The notes under the pieces are model-generated. The model was given only the letters and a program-made list of their open reading frames with translations, searched no databases and was not told the origin of the DNA. DNA of 5,839 nucleotides, from assembly GCA_054661495.1 (NCBI GenBank), contig BAAFSQ010000466.1:1-5839 (forward strand). Direction: 5' to 3'. A program made the translations under genes and the position numbers. The DNA is from Zygophlyctis sp. KS116. Lineage: Eukaryota; Fungi; Chytridiomycota. This document shows, piece by piece, positions 5,807 through 5,839 of the stretch (position 1 is its first letter; the number at the start of each line of letters is the position of its first letter).

Positions 5807-5838
5807 CTATTCGAGTTATAATATTTTAAATAAAATAC
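5807..5838 (-). other. Probable spliceosomal intron, 32 nt (GT14 gene, at window edge)
   Basis: Minus strand gtattttatttaaaatattataactcgaatag. Very AT-rich with a GTATT donor and TAG acceptor; A|TT TTA ATG GAA would continue in frame. The upstream exon is not visible, so this cannot be confirmed. Confidence 0.55.
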
Positions 5839-5839
5839 T

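Noticed and set aside
1-5839. Prokaryotic operon, CRISPR array, transposon, RNA gene or alternative genetic code
   Set aside because: Genes are eukaryote-specific and intron-containing. No spaced direct repeats, terminal inverted repeats, transposase motifs or tRNA/rRNA-like segments were seen. TAA and TAG terminate genes at expected C-termini and TGG encodes the conserved Trp residues.

Overview
AT-rich, extremely gene-dense eukaryotic DNA, most likely from an early-diverging fungus (inferred from the Chs4/Skt5-type SEL1 gene, the DUF2408/Cub1-like gene and the TVP18 genes). It uses the standard genetic code with TAA/TAG stops. The fragmented ORF track is explained by ultra-short GT-AG spliceosomal introns of 25, 24, 25, 25, 29, 29 and 25 nt, plus a probable 32-nt one at the right edge. 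After splicing there are six genes: (1) a DUF2408/UPF0662 (Cub1-like) triple-repeat protein, probably 5'-truncated; (2) TVP18; (3) a divergent tandem TVP18 paralogue whose first two exons are missing from the ORF track; (4) a minimal RRP36 on the - strand; (5) an Skt5/Chs4-like SEL1-repeat protein; (6) a GT14 core-2/I-branching (xylosyltransferase-like) glycosyltransferase on the - strand, running off the right edge. Intergenic gaps are only 91, 32, 4, 72 and 55 nt. The most notable signals are the ~25-nt intron system with apparent length/frame rules, two near-identical introns at non-homologous positions in the TVP18 pair, a 72-bp bidirectional promoter built of phased TCAAA repeats around a 12-bp palindrome, and a CpG-rich GT14 gene next to CpG-poor neighbours. 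No RNA genes, mobile elements or CRISPR arrays were seen. All family calls come from motif recognition; no database search was run.
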